Below, one piece after another: positions 9,800 to 16,783 of a stretch of 24,461 nt of DNA. Source of the stretch: a virus (taxonomy: Duplodnaviria; Caudoviricetes); the IMG/VR virus record IMGVR_UViG_3300035493_000011, positions 1 through 24,461 of that record; one strand, written 5' to 3'. The number at the start of each line of letters is the position of its first letter. Positions within the stretch are counted from its first letter, which is position 1. The position numbers were made by a program, and so were the translations under genes. The notes below the pieces were generated by a model. The model was not told the DNA's origin, did not search any database, and saw nothing but the letters and a program-made list of their open reading frames with translations.

Positions 9800-10861
9800 T
9801 TAACGGTTCTGCTGTGACATATTGTAGTAATCGAGATTCGCAGCCGCCTCACGGAAATGGTTGAACCACGCCTGTTGCGGGTCATCCGCGTTATCTAGGT
9901 ACTGTTTGTACTCCTCCGGTGTCACGCCTAGCGCCTTTGAAATATCATTGATGAATCGAGAACTCATACCGATACGCAACGTGTCAGCATATTTCGTCGC
10001 GCCAGCCTCGTCCATCTTACCGTCCCCACGCTGGAATAATTTACCAACCATGTCTACGGTTCGGTTCCTCAACGCCTGACTATAATCCGTACCGGATTGT
10101 TTAGCCGACTGCGCCCCAATCCCGGCGAATAGACCGTTGGTTGGGTTGTCGCGTGTACCATCGGCGTCAAACGGCATGGTGCGTGCGCTACCTACCTGCT
10201 CCGAGAAAAGGTTGTACTGGTCTGGGGTGTACCCCATATAGGCGGCCTGTCGCGCTACTAATCTCCCGTACATAGCTGGGTTTGGTAACTTCTCGCCCGG
10301 CGTTCTATCGAAATTAATCGTCCAGCCGTAACTATCATCTACGGCTTTCTTGCCCAACTCCGCCAATGACGCGTTCGCGGTGACGGCGTCCGGTTGCAAG
10401 GTGCGGATAACATCACCTACATATGCCGCTTGTTTCTCGGCATCATCTGGGTACAAAGCCTTAGCTACATCCATGTGATAGGACATATTGGTATCGCGCA
10501 GGTCGAGTCGGCCTTTCTCAAAATCCATTGGATTCTTCACGCCCATCTCGTAGTTATAACGCCCTTGGTCGCGTCCCTCTTTATTGATAGCTATAGCCGC
10601 ATCAAGTGGGTTTTTGTTCTTGGTCGTGGAGGTTGTTGCGCCCGGCATCTGCAATGTGCTACCGACATTCGCTCCCATATATGCGCCGCCGCCGATTTGC
10701 GGTGAACCTGCCATGCCGCCGAGTTGTGTCTGGCTCTGGGCGGTCGGCAACGGTACGGCGAGTCCATATTCGCGCGCCAACACTGCGGCGGCGTGCGGGT
10801 CGTTGGCGGCTAGATTTGATATGGCCGCTAACTGTTCTGAATATAGATTGTATCCTGCCAT
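9800..10861 (-). CDS. Putative internal virion / ejection protein (353 aa)
   Basis: Long ORF in the ejection cluster, Gly/Ala/Gln-rich N-terminus, tightly coupled to the upstream gene. Function inferred from position. Confidence 0.6.
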   Translation of the reverse strand: MAGYNLYSEQLAAISNLAANDPHAAAVLAREYGLAVPLPTAQSQTQLGGMAGSPQIGGGAYMGANVGSTLQMPGATTSTTKNKNPLDAAIAINKEGRDQGRYNYEMGVKNPMDFEKGRLDLRDTNMSYHMDVAKALYPDDAEKQAAYVGDVIRTLQPDAVTANASLAELGKKAVDDSYGWTINFDRTPGEKLPNPAMYGRLVARQAAYMGYTPDQYNLFSEQVGSARTMPFDADGTRDNPTNGLFAGIGAQSAKQSGTDYSQALRNRTVDMVGKLFQRGDGKMDEAGATKYADTLRIGMSSRFINDISKALGVTPEEYKQYLDNADDPQQAWFNHFREAAANLDYYNMSQQNR

Positions 10862-10862
10862 A

Positions 10863-11534
10863 TCAGTTCCCCATCAAATCAATGGAATCAATAGTCGAGT
10901 TGTACGGGAACGTACTGCTACTACCGCGTTTTGAGAATTCTATATTCGCCTGTCCGTTTGCGAAGTCGGGCATTATATATCGCAAGAACTGTGGGCCAAG
11001 TGTTACCCCGGCTTGTTGCGGTTGCGGTTGTGGATGCACAGACGCCCCTAGTGCGCCCAAGCCTAGTGCTGTACCCTGTGAACCCGCGCACATAGAAGGG
11101 TTAGCCATGCAGTTCATAACTGTCTGCATATAACGATTCTGTAGGTTCTGACCGCCGGCTCTCTCTACGCCGTACATATTCGCTGGGTTCAGGTCGCTCA
11201 TACTCCAGTCCAATGCACCCCATTTATACTCCATCTCGTCGCCATGTATCTTCTCATTGGACGCGATTTTTTTATCCGTGTCCTTGGCGCCAGCTTCGAT
11301 TTGCATTTTGGTGCGCCCGTCCGCCCCGTTCTCGCGTAGCGTGGCTAGGAATTTATCAGCGGTGATGCGGTCATCGAACTGTCGTCTACCTTCATCGAAA
11401 CTTCTCTGCCAACGTGTCTGTGCTATCGCAGCGTCCTCGGCGTCGCGCTTGCCCTTGTAATACTGGTCAATCAGTGTACCTAGTCCAGCCAATGGGGAAA
11501 TGACTTGTCGTTGGGGGATTGCGTACTCTGCCAT
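10863..11534 (-). CDS. Putative internal virion protein (223 aa)
   Basis: Start overlaps the upstream stop (TAATG); GGAAGG RBS; coiled-coil-like QTRWQRSFDEGRRQFD. Confidence 0.6.
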   Translation of the reverse strand: MAEYAIPQRQVISPLAGLGTLIDQYYKGKRDAEDAAIAQTRWQRSFDEGRRQFDDRITADKFLATLRENGADGRTKMQIEAGAKDTDKKIASNEKIHGDEMEYKWGALDWSMSDLNPANMYGVERAGGQNLQNRYMQTVMNCMANPSMCAGSQGTALGLGALGASVHPQPQPQQAGVTLGPQFLRYIMPDFANGQANIEFSKRGSSSTFPYNSTIDSIDLMGN

Positions 11535-12427
11535 TACTCTTTACCTTCCTGTTTCTGTCCGGCCAGTTCTTTCACTGCCGAAATCAATAACCCAATCAAT
11601 CCGGTGTAGTTCACGCGCTTATAGCCATCGTTACCTTCCACCACAAACTCCGGTAGTACCGCTTCGACTTCCTGTGCGATTACGCCTGCGTCTGCTTCAC
11701 CGTTCTCTTTCCAGTTCCACGTTACGCCGCGGATGGCTTGCAGTTTCTCCAATGCGTTTTCAATCGGCTGGATGTTTTCTTTCAAACGCTCGTCCGACAT
11801 CATCAAGCCCATACCTATCATGGCTATGGCGCTCGATGCCATAGCCGCGTTCTGCTGTTGTGCCGCCTGCTCCTTGGCCAGTTCTGCCGAGCGTTCTTGC
11901 GCTTGACGGGAGGCCTCGTTCGCGGCCGCAGTACCGATACCATCAACTGCCTGATTCGATAGGCCTCGACCCAATGCCGCCATCTGTCCCAGCATGGCGA
12001 TGTTGCTATTACGTTCTGTCTGGGCGGTATCGGTCAATGCACTGGCCTTCCCTGCTGTCAAATTCAACAGGTCGGTTTTACTCCGCCCCATCGCTTGGCG
12101 CTGGTTGGGTTGTACCCCGTAGCGTTGGTTCATCCGGTCGCCGATAGTGAATAGCGGGGAATTGACCTTGTCGAAATACTTGCGGGCATCGGCAACGGCT
12201 GTCCCGTTCTTGCTCACCATGTCGATGATTGAGTTCTCGAACGGGATGTACTTGTCTTGGTAATACCCATACTGACTGCGCGCGATGTCCGCCATCATCT
12301 GGTCTGGCGTGGATTGCGTCTGCACAAACATCTTATCGGGATTCAATGCCGCTTGTCGTGCGAGGGTATCGGCTGATTGCGATGTCACGTTATTGGTTAG
12401 TAGGTTTGTATAATTTGGAACTGCCAT
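11534..12427 (-). CDS. Ejection/pilot-type protein with C-terminal peptidase S74 intramolecular chaperone domain (297 aa)
   Basis: C-terminus SDERLKENIQPIENALEKLQAIRGVTWNWK...GVIAQEVEAVLPEFV...VNYTGLIGLLISAVKEL is the classic S74 autocleaving chaperone signature. The N-terminus is helical and Ala/Gln-rich. Confidence 0.85.
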   Translation of the reverse strand: MAVPNYTNLLTNNVTSQSADTLARQAALNPDKMFVQTQSTPDQMMADIARSQYGYYQDKYIPFENSIIDMVSKNGTAVADARKYFDKVNSPLFTIGDRMNQRYGVQPNQRQAMGRSKTDLLNLTAGKASALTDTAQTERNSNIAMLGQMAALGRGLSNQAVDGIGTAAANEASRQAQERSAELAKEQAAQQQNAAMASSAIAMIGMGLMMSDERLKENIQPIENALEKLQAIRGVTWNWKENGEADAGVIAQEVEAVLPEFVVEGNDGYKRVNYTGLIGLLISAVKELAGQKQEGKE

Positions 12428-12429
12428 AT

Positions 12430-13068
12430 TTACCCCGTATATCCTACTGACCCGGCGAAGTTAGTATTCTGCGGTGTACTATACTTACGCATAGCCGCCG
12501 CGTTCTGTTGTGGGATGACATACTTATTCATGCCATAGGAAGTGCCGGCATCCATAATTGACGTAGCCATACTGGTATTGAAGGCTGAATTGGCTATGTC
12601 GCGGGATACTTTATCGGCGAACATCTGGTTGGACTTATCACGGGCCATATTCGCGGTCGTGTTGTACGCACCCAACGCTTGGTTGCTGATGCCGGAACCG
12701 AGGTCAGCCAGTGCTTTGGCTTGGGTTAAATAGTTCTGTCTAGCATCAGACAGACCCCCGGCAATACCGCCATACAAGGTGCCACCGATGTCGCCCAAGG
12801 ATTCGTACCCGCCATTACCCGTGGCCAGACGTAGTGCGTTGTTGCGAGAGATATTGCCTGCGGCTACTCCGCCTTGTGCAAGGTACGGCATGACAGCCGC
12901 GTTGCGTGCGGCTTCCGAATTCAGGTCGCCTACCCTAGCTTGCAACTCTGCCTCAACCGGCATATACCGTGTGATGAAGTCGTTCCACTTATCACGTGAT
13001 ATTTGTGCTTGTGCTACCTCGGCTTCTGTAATCGGGATGTCTACGCTCCCGCCGCCACCTCCAGCCAT
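12430..13068 (-). CDS. Putative ejection/pilot protein (212 aa), paralogous to the N-terminal part of the 297-aa protein
   Basis: AGGAG RBS; MAGGGGGS start typical of podovirus pilot proteins; shared motifs with the neighbour. Confidence 0.65.
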   Translation of the reverse strand: MAGGGGGSVDIPITEAEVAQAQISRDKWNDFITRYMPVEAELQARVGDLNSEAARNAAVMPYLAQGGVAAGNISRNNALRLATGNGGYESLGDIGGTLYGGIAGGLSDARQNYLTQAKALADLGSGISNQALGAYNTTANMARDKSNQMFADKVSRDIANSAFNTSMATSIMDAGTSYGMNKYVIPQQNAAAMRKYSTPQNTNFAGSVGYTG

Positions 13069-13069
13069 G

Positions 13070-13444
13070 TTAGACTCCTATCTGGTATGTGCGCCCTATC
13101 TCGGCGCCTTTAAATACTTTAGCCCACCCTTTCCGGGTGGAGTTGAATTGGATTCCTTGTGCCCCACATTCTTTCGCAAACTCGCGTAGAACCTGCAATA
13201 GCCAGCGTTGCGCGTTTTTGTTCGGTACGTCCGCATAATCCATGTGGACAAATAAATATCTCCCCCCAGACAACGGGGTCGAGATACTGAATAGCATGAA
13301 CGCCGGGTGTGATGGGTGTTGCAGGTAGAACAATACGCCGTCACTGATTAACTCAATCAACCAGTCGGCGTCGTACTCCATATTGAAACGTGCATTGATG
13401 TGCTGTACACCTTCACGTAATAGGCTGTAATCAGTATCCACCAT
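13070..13444 (-). CDS. GNAT-fold-like small protein (124 aa)
   Basis: RYLFVHMDYA...LREFAKECGAQGIQFNSTRKGWAKVF resembles acetyltransferase-like proteins encoded just before podovirus ejection genes. Confidence 0.55.
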   Translation of the reverse strand: MVDTDYSLLREGVQHINARFNMEYDADWLIELISDGVLFYLQHPSHPAFMLFSISTPLSGGRYLFVHMDYADVPNKNAQRWLLQVLREFAKECGAQGIQFNSTRKGWAKVFKGAEIGRTYQIGV

Positions 13445-14036
13445 AGACCGTCACCCCCACCACATTGCCGCGTTCGCGGAACGCTCGGCGTGATGCGCGT
13501 TCAATACCGGCTTTATACCGGTTGTAGTAATACTGACCCTTGCTCGCATTACCCCACTCTGCATTCTGCATGAGTAGGTTGGCGATAGTACCGTCGGTAA
13601 GTGTGGTGCGATGGATGCCGATTAGCTTGTCAGGTATGGCCGCGTCTATTGTCCGTGGATAATAGACGGCATTGACTTTACCGTTCGCGGTACGAAGTGG
13701 GGTTGGGTGTACCCGCAGACCATCTAAGGTTTCCGCGAAACGTAGAGGCTCGCCGGCCGCATCAGGTAGCGTATAGAAGTCACGCTCGGCAATAGCCGTT
13801 AGTTCCCGTTTATCGGAGGTAAGCCATACTACGCGGTAGATGTCAGCACCCTTGGGCGCCTCGACTTCCAACGTATCCAACCCTTGCAAGAACAATACTT
13901 CCGAGTTCGCATTCCACGTTTCAGTTTCTTGGAAGAACTCGCGTGCGATGTCGACCAAGTTCTGCTGGAGAATGAAGTCCGGCACCAATGGCGCCACACT
14001 CTTTATGCTCGGAAGTAGGTCGCGCAGGGTAGCCAT
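13431..14036 (-). CDS. Head-tail adaptor-like protein (201 aa)
   Basis: PDFILQQNLVDIAREFFQETETW...LRVHPTP...IANLLMQNAEWGN; lies just downstream of the capsid genes. Confidence 0.7.
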   Translation of the reverse strand: MATLRDLLPSIKSVAPLVPDFILQQNLVDIAREFFQETETWNANSEVLFLQGLDTLEVEAPKGADIYRVVWLTSDKRELTAIAERDFYTLPDAAGEPLRFAETLDGLRVHPTPLRTANGKVNAVYYPRTIDAAIPDKLIGIHRTTLTDGTIANLLMQNAEWGNASKGQYYYNRYKAGIERASRRAFRERGNVVGVTVYGGY

Positions 14037-14039
14037 TTA

Positions 14040-14234
14040 TCACTCGCCTGCTGGTACTGCTTTAGATTTTGATTTTGATTTTGTCGGTGCGGCTTTCTGC
14101 TCGACATGGGTTGCCCCCGCACGGATACACGCATCGACTAAGAATTCTGGTACATCACGTGGCTCGGTGCCGATGATGATAGTGTGTGCGCCTTGTGTGA
14201 CGCGGATGGTTTCTTTCGCTACGACTTTGGCCAT
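14040..14234 (-). CDS. Small hypothetical protein following the major capsid gene (64 aa)
   Basis: AGGAG RBS; Lys-rich tail; typical position. Confidence 0.7.
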   Translation of the reverse strand: MAKVVAKETIRVTQGAHTIIIGTEPRDVPEFLVDACIRAGATHVEQKAAPTKSKSKSKAVPAGE

Positions 14235-14255
14235 CTTTCTACTCCTGATAGATTA

Positions 14256-14275
14256 AGGGGCGGTTTCCCGCCCCT
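14256..14275 (-). terminator. GC-rich GAAA-tetraloop hairpin after the capsid gene (weak terminator or mRNA stabiliser)
   Basis: AGGGGCGG-GAAA-CCGCCCCT on the minus strand, with only a poor U-tract. Confidence 0.55.
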
Positions 14276-14289
14276 ACCGCTCCACTAAA

Positions 14290-15423
14290 TTACAGTGCAA
14301 CGTCCAGTGCTAATACACCGAAGTCTTCTACAGCACCAGAGTATGTGCTGTGGAACTTAGGCTTACGCAGGCCGAACAACTTGTTGACTGCGATACCGTA
14401 ACGGTTTTCGTAGTCGAAGTCTTTTTCAACCCAGTTAGGTGCGCCAAGGTCAACATAACCCAGTGCTTGTGCGCCACAGATTAGTACGCGAGCACCGTTT
14501 ACATCGCCTGCCGCACCCCACTTGTTACCAGCAGTAGCGCCAGCAGTGTTGAATACGTGGCGGTATTCGTGAACAATCAGGCCGTCAACAGTGATGTCAT
14601 CTGCACCTTTGAACAGTTCAGAATTCATACCCTGCTGTGTAGCCGCAGAACGTACGTTCGCCAAGTAGTCTGGGTCTAGGCGTAGTTTAGCCATCGCCAA
14701 TGGAGTAACGAACACGTGGAAGTATTCCTTACCGCCTTCCATGATTCCGCGAACACCTTGGTCTTTTAGATAAGCCTTGGCCAATACCAAACCTTTGTAA
14801 GACAGAGTGTCAGCAGGAACGATAGCAGTAGTATCGCCGGCGTCCAAATCACCAGTTGAGGCATTCCAACGCAAATGACGTCCGGCAGTCGGAGCAGATA
14901 CGTCTGCCGCGAATTCCAATGAAGTCACTTCCGATGCTACGTTACGCGCGGCACCGTTAGAGCGTAGAGAATAGTCAACACCAGACAGAGTCAGGAACGC
15001 CAACTCGTCGATGATGTTAGCCAAGCCATAAGACAACTGGTCTTTAGCTTCCTTACGGAACTGGATGATAGACTTCTGGTCAGACATACGACCGGTGTTG
15101 GCGTGTGCCAAACGGAACTGGTCGAAGCGGATGTCCATGTGGTAAGAAGTCATCGTGTCTTCTTTACCTTGTAGGACGTTGTCGCCTGCTACACCAGTGT
15201 AATCAGCGTTAGCCAACAAAGTCATAATGGCTTTGTTGCCGCCTTTGTGTGACGCGTTCAGTTCAGTGATTCGCTGAATCATTGAGTTAGAGCCAGTGCT
15301 CAAGAAACGAGTCAAGAAGGATTTGTTGCGAACCTCTTTCCAGAGTTCCATAGACCAAGCGGTACGTTGTTCAGGCTGTAGCGCCGCGAAGTTCGTACCT
15401 ACTGGGGTGTCATAAGCTGCCAT
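14290..15423 (-). CDS. Major capsid protein (377 aa; N4-gp56/DUF4043-like family)
   Basis: Start moved to ATG 15423 behind AGGAGG. TNFAALQPEQRTAWSMELWKEVRNKSF...MIQRITEL...GVAGDNVLQGKE...LICGAQALG...WVEKDFDYENRYGI...EDFGVLALD. Follows the scaffold gene and shows strongly biased codon use. Confidence 0.92.
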   Translation of the reverse strand: MAAYDTPVGTNFAALQPEQRTAWSMELWKEVRNKSFLTRFLSTGSNSMIQRITELNASHKGGNKAIMTLLANADYTGVAGDNVLQGKEDTMTSYHMDIRFDQFRLAHANTGRMSDQKSIIQFRKEAKDQLSYGLANIIDELAFLTLSGVDYSLRSNGAARNVASEVTSLEFAADVSAPTAGRHLRWNASTGDLDAGDTTAIVPADTLSYKGLVLAKAYLKDQGVRGIMEGGKEYFHVFVTPLAMAKLRLDPDYLANVRSAATQQGMNSELFKGADDITVDGLIVHEYRHVFNTAGATAGNKWGAAGDVNGARVLICGAQALGYVDLGAPNWVEKDFDYENRYGIAVNKLFGLRKPKFHSTYSGAVEDFGVLALDVAL

Positions 15424-15577
15424 AAGGCCTCCTAAAAATGCAGTAGTCAAAAAAGAAATTTTGGTGTACGGGGAATATCGCTTACCCTAGCGAGAACAAC
15501 AGGCTTTACAGAACCCGAAACTGTACGGTTCGCTCACCGTAAAGAGAGGAAGGATGTCGTCCCTACCCACTACGACA
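15424..15577 (-). other. Structured 5' leader of the capsid mRNA (four hairpins with pseudoknot potential)
   Basis: Stems at 15555-15577, 15524-15541, 15507-15525 and 15478-15493; purine-rich loops have adjacent complementary pyrimidine tracts. Confidence 0.55.
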
Positions 15578-15583
15578 ATTAGA

Positions 15584-15625
15584 ATGGTATAGGAAACTTA
15601 TGCGTATGTCAATTAGTCCGACTAA
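15584..15625 (-). promoter_or_regulatory. Sigma70 promoter for the capsid gene with a perfect palindrome abutting the -35
   Basis: TTGACA (15612-15607), 17 bp, TACCAT (15589-15584); TTAGTCCGACTAA at 15613-15625. Confidence 0.8.
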
Positions 15626-15636
15626 TTATTTTACAG

Positions 15637-15778
15637 AAAATAAGAAACCCCACTGACGGACGGCAATCTATCAGCGGGGCTATAGGAGTGATTAATGATA
15701 CTCCCCGCCGGTGCAACGGTGGGGAGTATGAAACTCATTTGTTATGGACGCAAATGAAAAACGACACTTCATAGAAGT
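15637..15778 (-). ncRNA. Candidate ~140-nt small RNA
   Basis: Has its own promoter upstream, hairpins at 15735-15757, 15698-15729 and 15647-15680, and a final TTCTTATTTT tract. A single-stranded anti-SD CACTCCTATA lies between hairpins. Confidence 0.5.
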
Positions 15779-15781
15779 GTC
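15757..15781 (-). terminator. Probable intrinsic terminator after the scaffold gene
   Basis: GACACTTC-TAT-GAAGTGTC-GTTTTT, about 30 nt after the stop. Confidence 0.5.
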
Positions 15782-15784
15782 TTT

Positions 15785-15813
15785 ATATTAGTCTGACTAA
15801 CCTTTAGTGTCAA
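15785..15813 (-). promoter_or_regulatory. Sigma70 promoter with a perfect palindrome in its spacer
   Basis: TTGACA (15813-15808, overlapping the scaffold TGA), 17 bp, TAATAT (15790-15785); TTAGTCTGACTAA at 15788-15800. Confidence 0.8.
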
Positions 15814-16769
15814 GCCAAGAACTGGTTCTTGATACTATCGGGTAGCGCCTCCCATTCATCCTGCGACATAGTGGCCGGATTGATTTTCACTGTTTCCGTA
15901 CTGCCGCGAGAAGAACCGGCGTTAGTCGATGGTGGCTGTTTGTTGATAGCGGCTACCTTACGCTCAAGGCCCGGGTCTGATGGTTTAGGGGCTTGTTCCT
16001 GTGCGGCTACCAACGGTTCTACCTGCTGTTGTGCCTGTGCTGGTGTCAGGATTCCAGCCTCTTGCAAGTCAATGATGGTGCGCTCAAGTGCCTGTGTACG
16101 CGTCATACCCTGCTGTGCCACATACGCATCGCCGATACGGACTGCCATCTGTGCCAATCGTGGATTGAATTGTTCGCTCGCCTCATTGAACACTGGGAAG
16201 TTGCTGACGATTTCATCCAAGCGTGCGTTGAACGCGATGTCATCGCGCACGCGAGTGTCCACCGTCTGGGTCTGCATCTGCATCTCCTGCAACAACGTGC
16301 GACGCTGGTACTCGGAAATCTCTCGACGGATGGCCAATGCCTTCTCGGTGTCGCCTTCAATCAAGGCATCATACTCTGCCTTAATCTTGGCGGCTTCATC
16401 GAACTCCTGTTGCGGCTGGGCCTGCTCCTGTTGCGGCTGTTTAGCTAAACGTGCAATGAACTCACGTAGGTTGGCTACTTCCTGTTCTGCCGTGCGGCGC
16501 TTGGAAATCTCGTCATCCAGTCGTGACTTCGGTACACGAATGTCATCGCGCGTTTGCTCCTGTTGCGGTTCGGGTTTAGGCTCCGCAGTAGGTTCGGGCT
16601 GTGGTTCTGGTTCTGGCTCTGGTTCTGGTTGTGGCTCGGGTTGAGGTTCTGGTTCAGGCTCCGGGTCGGCGACCATCAAATCATTACCGAAGTCCAACTT
16701 CGACGTGTCGATGTCGTCGATGTTGGCCATGTTGAATTCTTCCAAATCAAGTTTAAGTTGCTCGCTCAT
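15810..16769 (-). CDS. Capsid scaffolding protein (319 aa)
   Basis: Between portal and capsid; acidic, with a PEPEPQ linker, IRVPKSRLDDEI motif, coiled coil, and C-terminal INPATMSQDEWEALP typical of scaffolds. Confidence 0.85.
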   Translation of the reverse strand: MSEQLKLDLEEFNMANIDDIDTSKLDFGNDLMVADPEPEPEPQPEPQPEPEPEPEPQPEPTAEPKPEPQQEQTRDDIRVPKSRLDDEISKRRTAEQEVANLREFIARLAKQPQQEQAQPQQEFDEAAKIKAEYDALIEGDTEKALAIRREISEYQRRTLLQEMQMQTQTVDTRVRDDIAFNARLDEIVSNFPVFNEASEQFNPRLAQMAVRIGDAYVAQQGMTRTQALERTIIDLQEAGILTPAQAQQQVEPLVAAQEQAPKPSDPGLERKVAAINKQPPSTNAGSSRGSTETVKINPATMSQDEWEALPDSIKNQFLA

Positions 16770-16783
16770 TTTAGGCTCTCCTG

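Noticed and set aside
15424-15450. TTG-initiated N-terminal extension of the capsid ORF
   Set aside because: AGGAGG lies inside it, correctly spaced for ATG 15423.
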